From: Shigella phage SSG23 | Reading direction: 5' to 3' (one strand) | Sequence record: PQ351811 | DNA: 64,000 bases | In this document: piece after piece, positions 23,804 through 32,932 of the stretch | Position numbering within the stretch: position 1 is the first letter of the stretch | Layout: every line of letters begins with the position of its first letter | Program-made: the position numbers and the translations under genes | Notes under the pieces: model-generated | Database searches by the model: none | What the model was told of the DNA's origin: nothing | The model's input: only the letters and a program-made list of their open reading frames with translations

Positions 23804-24093
23804 TTTATGAATACCTTCGGTGATGCCATAGCGACGGTATCGCCACAGCTAATACGATCTGCCATTTGAATTGCTTTCTTTCCGGTAACAAATACTTTCG
23901 GGGTACTGGCGACCGTAGTTCCCCCGTGTGTATCATAAGGTTTTGTTGTTTTTGTATGTGGTGTAATTGGGTCTCCTTCGACTAATACAGGGATACCCTC
24001 AACAAATACCTTAGATTGAGTTGCATTAATTACCGTAGGTGGGTAGTTTCCGTGCCCTGTAGTTTTAGCTTTATCGTAGGATAATCCAGCCAT
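23800..24093 (-). CDS. gp5.4: PAAR-repeat baseplate spike tip protein gp5.4
   Basis: 97 aa, same length as T4 gp5.4; small beta-rich protein between gp5 region and gp6. Confidence 0.65.
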   Translation of the reverse strand: MAGLSYDKAKTTGHGNYPPTVINATQSKVFVEGIPVLVEGDPITPHTKTTKPYDTHGGTTVASTPKVFVTGKKAIQMADRISCGDTVAMASPKVFIK

Positions 24094-24662
24094 TAAACAC
24101 CCCTATGTACATAATCTCTTAGTTGCTGCGCCCACACATCCCAATTTCCAAAAACAGTTTGGGTATACACTTTTTCTATCGTGTGTTCGGTTACTACTGG
24201 AGGCGGATTAGTTTCACCAGCACCCTCTCGACTGTTAGAACCACCACTATTTCCTTCACCGGAACCACCAGAAGACTCTGAAACAGATTGGATATAGGTT
24301 AGGGTTACTTTATAAGTATAAACCTCCTGTAGACGTGTAGGAGCGTTAAAATAATATAGATCTGCTGTAGTTGGATCTGGTAAATCATCAAAACTTCCGG
24401 CAGATTTTTTAATTCGATCTTTCGTTATATATTTAAGAGAATCCGCGCCAAGCGAAAAACTATCCCGATACTCACCAGATATTTTAGTTTCTTCAACGGT
24501 AACGCCCTTATTGGGGCGATACTCGCTGATCTTAAACTCTTTAATCGTGTATGTGGTATTTGCATCAGGTGGCGTTGCTTTATAAGAGAACACCACCTCA
24601 AAGATTTCTCGCTCGCTGATATCCTCCAATTTTGAACTCATAGGAAGAATTTCAACCATCAA
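24093..24662 (-). CDS. hypothetical baseplate-region protein (position of T4 5.1)
   Basis: 189 aa ORF between gp5 and gp5.4; Gly/Ser-rich segment [17 protein letters not shown]. Confidence 0.4.
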   Translation of the reverse strand: MMVEILPMSSKLEDISEREIFEVVFSYKATPPDANTTYTIKEFKISEYRPNKGVTVEETKISGEYRDSFSLGADSLKYITKDRIKKSAGSFDDLPDPTTADLYYFNAPTRLQEVYTYKVTLTYIQSVSESSGGSGEGNSGGSNSREGAGETNPPPVVTEHTIEKVYTQTVFGNWDVWAQQLRDYVHRGV

Positions 24663-24667
24663 TTACC

Positions 24668-26467
24668 TCACCCAAGATCAATACGGCTACCATCAATTTT
24701 AACTGTACCCGATGCAATATCTTTAACGCTTGCACCACAATTACGGGACCAGTCACCATTAACCTGATCTGATTTAGTACCATTGACGGTCATGTTAAAA
24801 TTACCCTCAACGGTTAAATCATAGTTACCTTTAATTGTCTCGGTAGTATTACCCTCGATCATTAATTCAGCATTGCCCTTGACGTTAGCCGTCAAATTAG
24901 CGTCAAGTTGTGCGGTAACATCACCGACAACATGCATATTAGCTGTACCTTCAACTGTCTGATTAACATTGCCACGAATAAATTCAGTGACGTTACCATC
25001 AACGGTTTGCATCACATTACCCATATAATAAACTTGCGCGTCACCTTCAACAACAACTTGCAGATTGCCTTTAACGTTGACTTTGCGGCCTTGCTTAACG
25101 ATCAAATAATCATCACCTTCAATCTTTTCTACCCTCGTTCCGTCCGGTCTGGTTTCTTCAAATGTACCAGAAGGATGTTTGCGATGATAACGCTCGTGAG
25201 AAGGAGTATCATCAATCTCGATAATATGACCGCTCTCTGATTCGTATACGTGGTTATATGGATACCTTGCAGAATACGAACTCTTAGGCTCTTTAAACAT
25301 GATTCGTGTGTCTTGTGGGGTAAACGGTGCTTCTGGGTCTTCTTCTGCTCTCTGCGTCTTATAGGCAGCAATACGGGCGTTTCTCAAACGTGCTCGCGGA
25401 TCATCAGAAACAGATTCCTCTTTCTTAGGAGCAATTACGCCATATGATTCTAAGTTACCAGTTAAAATAATTTTAGATACACGGCTTGAACGTCCTGGAG
25501 TTTGATTAGCCCATACTGATTGACGTAATCCATCATAGGCTTGTTTCCATTCTTCCGCCAGCATTGCAGCAAGACTATTCTTAAATTTACCCAATCCGCC
25601 AACACCCATTTGAAACGCCATATTTTCTAATGCCATACGACGCGAGGCATTACATTTATTATAGACAGGTGCAATTCGTGGATGTTTGCGCATATCACGA
25701 CGAGTCTTTTCTATATCGTCAGCAAATACTTTACTAACTTCTTCGGCGGTAAGTCTTCCGTTTGTAACTTCACGCCCTACCAGCTTAGAAAGTTCATTAT
25801 TGATAATACCCAGATCACTGGTTTTCTTATAAATGATCAAATGCCCGATGCCTATTGTCGGATATCCTTCTGAATCAAGATACCATTTCTCGCGATATCC
25901 CTCATCGCCCCGCAGCATTTTTTCTATTGTGTATTCTGGGTTATCGTCAACCGGAATTTGATCTAATGGCTCGTCGTCTGGATTTACGGCAACTCCAGTG
26001 TTTTCATCTCGAATATAGACACTATCAGGTTTTGTTGTTTGTCCGGTTTCTGGGTTAATACCGCCACGGGCAAGAATATTAACATCATTACCAATATAGC
26101 GCGGGTATGCACCAGAAGGGTCGCAAAAACCTTCTGTAGTGAGTGGTTTCTCTGTATATTGTCCGGCAATAGTACCCAGAATAACGCAGTTTAAATAACG
26201 TTCATCTAAGGCCAAACCAAATACCATTGAACCTTCAACAATACCAGTAGGGCTTTGACCTATACCGGAGATCGCCGCGCTTGTAATATCTTGTACTGGC
26301 GTAATCCATAATAGATCTTCGGTTGGAAGACCTTGAATGTCACCGTGTGCGGATAGCGAAGGATGTATACCATGAATCCTAACCTGAACTCGGCCTAACA
26401 TTAATGGGTCTTCCCTGTTTTCTACAATTCCGGTAAACCATTTAACGGAGTTATTAAACATTAGCAT
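24668..26467 (-). CDS. gp5: baseplate hub + tail lysozyme gp5
   Basis: 599 aa; lysozyme motif GYPTIGIGHLI (cf. T4 lysozyme YYTIGIGHLL); C-terminal VxGNxxxx beta-helix repeats. Confidence 0.85.
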   Translation of the reverse strand: MLMFNNSVKWFTGIVENREDPLMLGRVQVRIHGIHPSLSAHGDIQGLPTEDLLWITPVQDITSAAISGIGQSPTGIVEGSMVFGLALDERYLNCVILGTIAGQYTEKPLTTEGFCDPSGAYPRYIGNDVNILARGGINPETGQTTKPDSVYIRDENTGVAVNPDDEPLDQIPVDDNPEYTIEKMLRGDEGYREKWYLDSEGYPTIGIGHLIIYKKTSDLGIINNELSKLVGREVTNGRLTAEEVSKVFADDIEKTRRDMRKHPRIAPVYNKCNASRRMALENMAFQMGVGGLGKFKNSLAAMLAEEWKQAYDGLRQSVWANQTPGRSSRVSKIILTGNLESYGVIAPKKEESVSDDPRARLRNARIAAYKTQRAEEDPEAPFTPQDTRIMFKEPKSSYSARYPYNHVYESESGHIIEIDDTPSHERYHRKHPSGTFEETRPDGTRVEKIEGDDYLIVKQGRKVNVKGNLQVVVEGDAQVYYMGNVMQTVDGNVTEFIRGNVNQTVEGTANMHVVGDVTAQLDANLTANVKGNAELMIEGNTTETIKGNYDLTVEGNFNMTVNGTKSDQVNGDWSRNCGASVKDIASGTVKIDGSRIDLG

Positions 26468-26478
26468 AATTAATCACC

Positions 26479-27033
26479 TTACACATCAGCCTTTTCCATT
26501 TCTCGAATGAATGCGTTAATAAATTGTTTAATTTGTGTAGGATCTATGATCTTGATCTTGCGTCGTTCCTCGTTGCGGAGGATCGCATCTTCCAGTGTGT
26601 CTACCGCCGACAGTGCACCATGAAACTGCAAATGACGGTGATGAATATCCCCTTTGTCATACCAATTGCTTGAGCCTTTCGGATACTCGGTAAGATTCCA
26701 ATACTTGTTTCCGTCAATATCAACGTGGTATAATACTTGATTTCCTCCTACATTTGCATATCGTTGTTCGGCTGATTCATATGCTGTCTCTTGATCGGTG
26801 ATCCAGTCATGAAACGGATCGTATACGTCATTAAGCATCAGCAAGATCCAATAAAGTTGCTGGTTTCCGTATACTTCATATGCAACTTGTTCCGGTCGTG
26901 GACTACCTTGAATGTAATATGTTTGTATGTTATAATCAGAAATTATTGCGTTGAAATATGCGCGGTAATTGCGCACAATGTCAGTAATCATCTTGCCGTT
27001 GTATTCTATGGCAGGGAAGAAAGAAAAGAGCAT
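26479..27033 (-). CDS. gp53: baseplate wedge protein gp53
   Basis: 184 aa (T4 gp53 196 aa) immediately upstream of gp5. Confidence 0.6.
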   Translation of the reverse strand: MLFSFFPAIEYNGKMITDIVRNYRAYFNAIISDYNIQTYYIQGSPRPEQVAYEVYGNQQLYWILLMLNDVYDPFHDWITDQETAYESAEQRYANVGGNQVLYHVDIDGNKYWNLTEYPKGSSNWYDKGDIHHRHLQFHGALSAVDTLEDAILRNEERRKIKIIDPTQIKQFINAFIREMEKADV

Positions 27034-27065
27034 TTTAGCACCCTCAATTGATAAATAGTATTATG

Positions 27066-27073
27066 TATTTATA
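27066..27073 (-). promoter_or_regulatory. T4-type late promoter core TATAAATA upstream of gp53
   Basis: Plus TATTTATA = minus TATAAATA about 33 nt upstream of gp53 ATG, inside an 8-bp inverted repeat AGCACCCT...AGGGTGCT. Confidence 0.5.
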
Positions 27074-27088
27074 ATAAAGGGTGCTAAA

Positions 27089-27562
27089 ATGGGAGGATCT
27101 AACACTTATAAGGGCAAGTATGTTCCTGAGAATAAGGAAAAGTATAAAGGGGATATACGGAAAATCACATACCGTTCAAGTTGGGAAAGATGGATCATGC
27201 AGTGGCTAGACCGCAATCCTAGAGTTGCGAAATGGGGATCTGAGACCGTAGTAATTCCTTATGAGTCATCAACAGACGGAAAAAGACACAGATACTTTAT
27301 GGATTTTTACGTTAAGTTTGATGATGGCAAGGAGCATTTATGGGAAGTTAAACCAGCTAAAGAGACAAGGCCACCGGAAAAGCCAAAAAGAATGACCGCG
27401 AAGACAAAGCAACGGTATATGCATGAAGTATGGACGTACACAAAAAATACCGAAAAATGGTTAGCTGCCGTGAAATTATGCCAAAAGCATAACATGGAGT
27501 TTAAGATCATAACCGAACATGCATTAAAGAAAGTATTTGGCTTTAAAGGGCTTAACAAATAG
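27089..27562 (+). CDS. gp4: head completion protein gp4
   Basis: 157 aa (T4 gp4 150 aa); adjacent to gp2 as in T4. Confidence 0.65.
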   Translation: MGGSNTYKGKYVPENKEKYKGDIRKITYRSSWERWIMQWLDRNPRVAKWGSETVVIPYESSTDGKRHRYFMDFYVKFDDGKEHLWEVKPAKETRPPEKPKRMTAKTKQRYMHEVWTYTKNTEKWLAAVKLCQKHNMEFKIITEHALKKVFGFKGLNK

Positions 27563-27573
27563 AGGATAATATT

Positions 27574-28395
27574 ATGAGCGTATTTGAAATAATCACAGAA
27601 GACGAAAAGCCGTCTCCCCAAAAACGAAAGTCTAAACAGTGGGTCGAATTGGGTGTAGAATTTGCAAAAGCAAAAGCCAAAGGCATGACAGCTAAAGCAT
27701 TTGCAGATTCTAAGGGAATAGCCTATGCGACTTTCACTAAAAGTATGTCTCGTTATGCCAGCGAAATTAAAACAGCAATAGAAGTTGAAAAACTAAAAGG
27801 GAAAGGTGCAAAGGGTCTCAATAAGCAGCAACGCGCAATGATGATGATTAATGATTTTCGTGCGTCTATGCGTGCTGTATCAAAGAGTCGTCCTAAAGAA
27901 AAATCACAGGAATGGTTTACTAAAACAATAAAAGCGGGAATAAAGGGACACCAGATTGTAAAACCGCAAGTAGGGCGAATCTATACTTTTATGTATGATG
28001 CGAAGTATAAAGACACTTTGCCATATTGGGATGTTTTCCCGCTGATCATTTGTCTGGGTGATTCTAAGACAAAGGCGGGTAATACTGTAATGTTGGGTCT
28101 TAACTTACACTATGTAACGCCTAAAGCCCGTCAGCAGTTTCTGGAAGCACTTTTAAAGCAATATGCATCTACTCCTACCTTGAGCAATAAAACACGCTTG
28201 AAGATTAAATGGAGCGATGTAAAAGGTATGCGTGGTAGTGATCACATGATCAAAGCATACTTACCGGGACACATTAAAACAAAACTTGTGGAGATTAGCC
28301 CGAAAGACTGGAGCAATATTATCTATATGCCAACATATCAGTTTATGTCAAAAGGCAAGAAATACGACGCAAGGAAAGTTTGGAAGGATGCATAA
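27574..28395 (+). CDS. gp2: DNA end protector protein gp2
   Basis: 273 aa (T4 gp2 274 aa), basic protein, position next to gp4. Confidence 0.7.
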   Translation: MSVFEIITEDEKPSPQKRKSKQWVELGVEFAKAKAKGMTAKAFADSKGIAYATFTKSMSRYASEIKTAIEVEKLKGKGAKGLNKQQRAMMMINDFRASMRAVSKSRPKEKSQEWFTKTIKAGIKGHQIVKPQVGRIYTFMYDAKYKDTLPYWDVFPLIICLGDSKTKAGNTVMLGLNLHYVTPKARQQFLEALLKQYASTPTLSNKTRLKIKWSDVKGMRGSDHMIKAYLPGHIKTKLVEISPKDWSNIIYMPTYQFMSKGKKYDARKVWKDA

Positions 28396-28399
28396 GATT

Positions 28400-28427
28400 A
28401 AGCCCGTCGTTGACGGGCTTTTTTATT
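28400..28427 (+). terminator. rho-independent terminator after gp2
   Basis: Hairpin AAGCCCGTCGTTGACGGGCTT followed by TTTTTATTAT. Confidence 0.7.
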
Positions 28428-28680
28428 ATAGATCGATAGCATGAGCATAACCATGTAAGAAGTCTTTTAATTCTTCCTTATTGGTAACACGCTGTAAAAT
28501 CTCTAATGCCTTGTCGCGATCACGTAATGCACCTGAAAGGGATTTTATTTGATCATCCCTTTCTGCAATCTGCTTAAGCAGATCTGTATTGCATTTAGAC
28601 AAATAGAGAACTTCACCCCGCAATGTTGCTAATTCGTTATCCAAACGATCATAGAGTTTTAACAAAATGTCTTCTGTCAT
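28426..28680 (-). CDS. hypothetical coiled-coil protein
   Basis: 84 aa minus-strand ORF between gp2 and gp3; helical heptad-like sequence. Confidence 0.45.
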   Translation of the reverse strand: MTEDILLKLYDRLDNELATLRGEVLYLSKCNTDLLKQIAERDDQIKSLSGALRDRDKALEILQRVTNKEELKDFLHGYAHAIDL

Positions 28681-28869
28681 AAGAAGTCCTCGTATAGTAC
28701 CCGTTTTATTTATTACTGTATAAAAATATAGTTATTGGTTAAAACATAACCAAAACGAAGAAAGATCTTTAGAATAATAAAAATTTGTTTCGGTTAAAAA
28801 GTAGTCAGTGCCTCCGGCACGTCGCAAAGCGACAATTGTTAATAAATATTTTCATTTGAGGAATCGAAA

Positions 28870-29460
28870 ATGTCCAATCTCTTTAATTATGCTAACCCTA
28901 GCAACTGGCAGATTGCCATTCCAGATGGTCAACTAACAAAAGGCTTTACTTTAAATGCTCAAGGTGTTACACTTCCGGCTATAACCATTCCACCGACTAA
29001 ACAAGTTGCTGGTCAATATGGTTTGGCGGTCGCTGATTATCCTTCCAGTCATGTAGAGTTTGACCCGTTGGTAGTCCGGTTTATTGTCGATGAGCATTTG
29101 GAAAGCTATCTAAATCTTTACACATGGATGCTTTCTATAGTAGACTACAATAACGGTAACTCCACCGCGTGGAAGGATTCAATGCCGGAAGCCGTTCAAG
29201 TTCACATGATGGACAATGAACGCCGTAACATTGTATGCACCTTTAACTTTTATGGTTGTTGGTGTTCACAATTGGGGGAACTTGAGTTAACATACACCGA
29301 TGATATGCATGAATCTCTGGTGTGTACTGCAATTCTTCCATTTAAAACAATGAGCATTGAACGTGATGGTCAACTGATCGTTCCTCGCCCAGCAATTCAG
29401 GCGGCGGATCGTCAGCGAGTGGAAGGAATTAAAGCTATGCACCCTGCTTTTAGAAAGTAA
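28870..29460 (+). CDS. gp3: tail tube terminator / tail completion protein gp3-like
   Basis: 196 aa (T4 gp3 176 aa) between gp2 and gp1 as in T4 order 1-3-2-4. Confidence 0.55.
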   Translation: MSNLFNYANPSNWQIAIPDGQLTKGFTLNAQGVTLPAITIPPTKQVAGQYGLAVADYPSSHVEFDPLVVRFIVDEHLESYLNLYTWMLSIVDYNNGNSTAWKDSMPEAVQVHMMDNERRNIVCTFNFYGCWCSQLGELELTYTDDMHESLVCTAILPFKTMSIERDGQLIVPRPAIQAADRQRVEGIKAMHPAFRK

Positions 29461-29475
29461 CAAGAGGCTTATATT

Positions 29476-30132
29476 ATGAAATTGATTGCACTTTGTGGTA
29501 AAAAACGCGTAGGAAAAGACACTGCCGCGTTAATCATTGATGGACACAGTTATCAACTGGCAGCACCGATCAAAGAAATCTTATGCGAATGTCAACCAGA
29601 CTTAGGTCTGACTTATCTTGACTTTGACGGGTTGGGGCGTGACAGAGAAGCCGATCTAGGTATTGATACCTACACCGCGCACAAGTGGTTTATTCAGTGT
29701 CTTCTTATGCTAGATTCGAAGTATGGCGGTAGCTCTTTTACTTGTGATCGTCTGGCTGAGATTTACAAGGTCGTTAATGAGATCGGAGAAAAACATAATA
29801 ACGTCTGGTCTATTCGTCTCATGTTAACCACTCTCGGTACTGACATAATGGTTAACTTGATTAATCCGCTTTATTGGTGTAATCTCTTCGTGAATGAGTT
29901 TATGAAGCGCAAAAATGAAGAAGGGTATTTTGTAGTAGTTGATGTGCGTCAGCCTATTGAAATTGCTCTCATGCGTACTATGGGTGCTAAGGTGTTGCAT
30001 ATTCAGCGTGATACTGGTATTGTATCGACTCACTCCACCGAAAAAGGAATTTTGCCTATTGACGGTGAAACCATTATCATAAATAATGGTACATTAGAAG
30101 AATTTGAAAGCGCGATTCTCGCGAACCTTTAA
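29476..30132 (+). CDS. gp1: deoxynucleoside monophosphate kinase gp1
   Basis: 218 aa; N-terminus MKLIALCGKKRVGKDT matches T4 gp1 MKLIFLSGVKRSGKDT (P-loop). Confidence 0.85.
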   Translation: MKLIALCGKKRVGKDTAALIIDGHSYQLAAPIKEILCECQPDLGLTYLDFDGLGRDREADLGIDTYTAHKWFIQCLLMLDSKYGGSSFTCDRLAEIYKVVNEIGEKHNNVWSIRLMLTTLGTDIMVNLINPLYWCNLFVNEFMKRKNEEGYFVVVDVRQPIEIALMRTMGAKVLHIQRDTGIVSTHSTEKGILPIDGETIIINNGTLEEFESAILANL

Positions 30133-30164
30133 TAAAAAGTTATCAACAAGTAGGAGATGTGAAT

Positions 30165-30425
30165 ATGTCCAATCAGCATGAACAAATGATTAATGTCCTG
30201 AAAGTACGTCTGTTTGACACTCAAGAAAAAGCCGCATTCTTAGAAGGCCAACTGAAAGATCGTGAGCGTGTCTTGATGGAACTGGTACGCATTCTGGGTA
30301 TTCAGCCAGACGAAAACGGCACTGTTTCCCTTGATGCTATTGTCGAAGAAGTAAAAGCACTTCTCCCTAAAGACGAAGCAGCGGAAGACGATAAAGAGGA
30401 AGTAGAACTGATCACGGAGGCTTGA
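30165..30425 (+). CDS. 57A: tail fiber assembly chaperone gp57A-like
   Basis: 86 aa coiled-coil acidic protein directly after gp1 (T4 57A is 79 aa); ATG start chosen after TAGGAG RBS. Confidence 0.5.
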   Translation: MSNQHEQMINVLKVRLFDTQEKAAFLEGQLKDRERVLMELVRILGIQPDENGTVSLDAIVEEVKALLPKDEAAEDDKEEVELITEA

Positions 30426-30427
30426 TT

Positions 30428-30892
30428 ATGACCCCGTTTCGAGAATCCGTTAAAGGTACATATGCGGCGGTTAAATTCACTGAGGATACACTAGACCGCA
30501 TTGAAAAATTGCAGGAGTTCTACAATCTGCCTAATGCCGTTCCTCGTGATAAACTTCATAGTACGATCTTATATTCTCGTGTTTATGTTCCGTTTATCCC
30601 AGAAGATGGTGAAAAGTTTTTAGGCTCTCTATGCCATCTGAAAGTGTTTGAAACTCAATCCGGTACTAATGCACTTGTGCTGGCATTTGAAAGCGACTAC
30701 ATGCAATTCAGACACGATATCGGCACTGCTTTAGGTGCGACGTGGGATTATCCTGAATATGTACCGCATATCACGCTTTCTTATGATGTTGGTGCGCGTA
30801 AATTTGGCACTGACCTAGAGTTCGATTTAGAGATTGTCCGATCTCATGAATATGTCGAAGATCTAGACCTGGAGTGGACGACCAAACTGTAA
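30428..30892 (+). CDS. acb1: 2H phosphoesterase, 57B/Acb1-like (anti-CBASS cyclic-nucleotide phosphodiesterase)
   Basis: 154 aa; two H-x-T/S-x motifs (HSTIL, HITLS) typical of 2H/LigT fold; same position as T4 57B. Confidence 0.6.
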   Translation: MTPFRESVKGTYAAVKFTEDTLDRIEKLQEFYNLPNAVPRDKLHSTILYSRVYVPFIPEDGEKFLGSLCHLKVFETQSGTNALVLAFESDYMQFRHDIGTALGATWDYPEYVPHITLSYDVGARKFGTDLEFDLEIVRSHEYVEDLDLEWTTKL

Positions 30893-30899
30893 TTCTATA

Positions 30900-30930
30900 C
30901 CCCGAAATTTTTTCGGGGTTTTTTGTTTTT
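30900..30930 (+). terminator. rho-independent terminator
   Basis: Hairpin CCCCGAAATTTTTTCGGGG followed by TTTTTTGTTTTT. Confidence 0.75.
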
Positions 30931-30935
30931 ATGTG

Positions 30936-30964
30936 TTGACAACCATAAACGACTATAGCATAAT
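30936..30964 (+). promoter_or_regulatory. early promoter cassette P1 (TTGACA-N17-CATAAT + conserved leader)
   Basis: GTGTTGACA...TATAGCATAAT, then CACATCGAAACGAAACAC and AGGAGAATCAAAAAAATG. Confidence 0.65.
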
Positions 30965-31004
30965 GCACACATCGAAACGAAACACACTTAGGAGAATCAA
31001 AAAA

Positions 31005-31382
31005 ATGATGATGATGTTTAAAGATAAATTCGAATGTCACTATACCCGTAACTTTGACTTAGTATCCCGCTACTACATTCATAAAGAAACTGGCACGCAA
31101 GTAGTTCTTGAATCTCACAGCGAAGTCGGATTCGATTCAACGAAAGTAGCAATTAGTGCTCGCTTCTGGGATAACGGAAAATTTGCTTATATTGCCTGGA
31201 ACGACGACGAAAATGTAATTACAGTAGCTTTCGGTGATGACTACTACACTAAAAAGACTTTTGATAGCAAGCCATCAAATGAATACCTGAAAGCGTATGT
31301 TCAGCACATGTTCCAACGTGTTCTGACCGGAATGGAAATCAATGTCATGAAAGACATTGTAGACGAAGTAAAATATTCTTAA
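31005..31382 (+). CDS. hypothetical protein
   Basis: ORF-track ORF 30933-31382 trimmed to first ATG after the RBS of the promoter leader. Confidence 0.55.
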   Translation: MMMMFKDKFECHYTRNFDLVSRYYIHKETGTQVVLESHSEVGFDSTKVAISARFWDNGKFAYIAWNDDENVITVAFGDDYYTKKTFDSKPSNEYLKAYVQHMFQRVLTGMEINVMKDIVDEVKYS

Positions 31383-31388
31383 AAACAG

Positions 31389-31417
31389 TTGACAACATGA
31401 AACGGGGGTAGTAAGAT
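31389..31417 (+). promoter_or_regulatory. early promoter cassette P2 with palindromic spacer
   Basis: TTGACA, 17 bp spacer, TAAGAT; inverted repeat GGGGGTA/TACCCCC spans the -10. Confidence 0.6.
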
Positions 31418-31448
31418 ACCCCCACAAACAAACGAAAGGAGAATCAAA

Positions 31449-31607
31449 ATGAAATTTATCGGTAAAACTTTTATGTTCGTAGCTGGTACTCTGTTTACTG
31501 CAACTCTGATAGCTGGTGGGTTGGATATCTTTACTGCCTTTGAAACTTTCGGGTATACTGTAGCGTCGGGTGCTCTCTTCGGATTAGGTTTAGCGATTAG
31601 CAAATAA
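31449..31607 (+). CDS. small hydrophobic membrane protein (52 aa)
   Basis: Short ORF (below ORF-track cutoff) after GGAGAATCAAAATG; MKFIGKTFMFVAGTLFTATLIAGG... Confidence 0.45.
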   Translation: MKFIGKTFMFVAGTLFTATLIAGGLDIFTAFETFGYTVASGALFGLGLAISK

Positions 31608-31616
31608 GGTGATAAT

Positions 31617-31811
31617 ATGGAATTGGATATGGTTAACGCAAAATTTATGGGTAAAGATAAGAAAGGTACAACATTTGTTATTAACAAAACATTGCTTCGC
31701 TCTGACCTTAAGTGGGTAACACAACAATTTGCGGAAGTCAATGAGGCTGTAGTGACCTGCTTTGTCGGTGATAAGAAAGTTTTTGAAATTGACCGTCGTG
31801 GGGGTGTCTAA
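31617..31811 (+). CDS. hypothetical protein
   Basis: 64 aa ORF with RBS, tightly packed. Confidence 0.45.
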   Translation: MELDMVNAKFMGKDKKGTTFVINKTLLRSDLKWVTQQFAEVNEAVVTCFVGDKKVFEIDRRGGV

Positions 31812-32008
31812 TGATCACTAAACTGTTTAGCAATACTTTGTTTCTGATTGCATTTGTTTTCTTTCTGTGTCTGATCATCGGTGTGATTGCAGTCGGTAGT
31901 TATTCCGGTATTACACTAGATGATTTTTGTACATTGGTTTTCTTCTCAAGTGTTCCTACACTCCTGATCGCTGTATGTGGTGCTTTTAGATGGATCTGTG
32001 ATCTATGA
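31811..32008 (+). CDS. small membrane protein
   Basis: 65 aa, two hydrophobic segments; start overlaps previous stop. Confidence 0.5.
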   Translation: MITKLFSNTLFLIAFVFFLCLIIGVIAVGSYSGITLDDFCTLVFFSSVPTLLIAVCGAFRWICDL

Positions 32009-32111
32009 CTGAACAGGAACGAATGATGTTGATAGGTGGACCGGAGTTCACTAAATTTGATGCAATTCTTATTGCGTTGGGGTTTCTTATGATCTGTTGT
32101 ATGGTGGCGCT

Positions 32112-32333
32112 ATGAGTAGCATAAAATATTTTGCTTTCTTGTGTTTTATGATGTTCTTTACATTCTTAGCATGTGTATTCTTTACATGGCTTGCTCATGT
32201 TGATAATGCAACCGGACCGTTTTACTTCTTTTGTGTGCTGTCGGTGTTGACTGGTGCTCTTGTTACGTGGATGATTCGAGATTGTTACGGAATGTATAAG
32301 TTTGAAAAGACTCGACCGAAATGGGGCAAATGA
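32112..32333 (+). CDS. small membrane protein
   Basis: ORF 32097-32333 trimmed to ATG after GGTGG; hydrophobic. Confidence 0.45.
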   Translation: MSSIKYFAFLCFMMFFTFLACVFFTWLAHVDNATGPFYFFCVLSVLTGALVTWMIRDCYGMYKFEKTRPKWGK

Positions 32334-32515
32334 TGAAACTATTTGCGTGGCTAATTATTTTAAATGTAATTATTAAGACTGTTCTCGCTGGTTTACTGAT
32401 GATACATAGCACGGAACCAGAAGAAGCATTAACGTATTGTGTTGCTTATGTGTTGGGATTCTTGCTTACTGCGTGGATGTGTGATGAATATCGAAGAATT
32501 GAGGTAAAACCATGA
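32330..32515 (+). CDS. small membrane protein
   Basis: ORF 32321-32515 trimmed; hydrophobic; overlaps neighbours by 4 nt. Confidence 0.45.
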   Translation: MMKLFAWLIILNVIIKTVLAGLLMIHSTEPEEALTYCVAYVLGFLLTAWMCDEYRRIEVKP

Positions 32516-32730
32516 AGATGACTTTTTATATCTTAGCAAGTATCATGCTTGTGATCTCTTCTGCACTATTTGCATTTCTTACCGTTTGGGGGATCTGCAC
32601 TGATGCGAAGCCGTGGGATATCGTAGAAAACACTGTTATGTTTATTATCAGTCTCATGTGTCTGTTTGATGCATTTAACTCTATCAAAGAAGAAGATCAA
32701 AAACGTCGCGAAAGAAAGCTATATAAATAA
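32512..32730 (+). CDS. small membrane protein
   Basis: 72 aa, two hydrophobic helices, charged C-terminus. Confidence 0.5.
   Translation: MKMTFYILASIMLVISSALFAFLTVWGICTDAKPWDIVENTVMFIISLMCLFDAFNSIKEEDQKRRERKLYK
32722..32729 (+). promoter_or_regulatory. candidate late promoter core TATAAATA (plus strand)
   Basis: Exact TATAAATA at end of preceding ORF, upstream of ORF-free structured region; could be chance in AT-rich DNA. Confidence 0.3.
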
Positions 32731-32735
32731 TAGTG

Positions 32736-32907
32736 AACTAAAACAGCGCGGTTAGAATGATTTGGACGTCACCTAGCCGCATTTATTGCAGCGTATGGGG
32801 TTAATCCGGTACGCTAAAGCATTCACTTGCTAGGCCGCTAGCAGGTTGGAGACAAGGAAGATTCGCTACCTTCCCTATAAGCCACTCTTCGGAGTGGCTT
32901 TTTTATT
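32736..32907 (+). ncRNA. candidate structured non-coding RNA / long 3'-UTR
   Basis: About 170 nt with no plausible ORF; several local hairpins (GCGTA/TACGC, TGCTAG/CTAGCA, GGAAG/CTTCC) ending in the terminator. Confidence 0.25.
32879..32907 (+). terminator. rho-independent terminator
   Basis: Hairpin AAGCCACTCTTCGGAGTGGCTT followed by TTTTTATT. Confidence 0.75.
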
Positions 32908-32932
32908 GCCTAAAATTTTTTAAAAAAAGTTG

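Noticed and set aside
28681-28869. Late-promoter-like TAATAAATA elements on both strands between the 84 aa ORF and gp3
   Set aside because: One mismatch from the TATAAATA core on each strand in very AT-rich sequence; not enough to call promoters without transcript data.
32736-32907. Possible tRNA gene in the ORF-free structured region
   Set aside because: No acceptor/T-arm arrangement and no GTTCRANYC-like T-loop found by eye; kept only as a generic ncRNA candidate.
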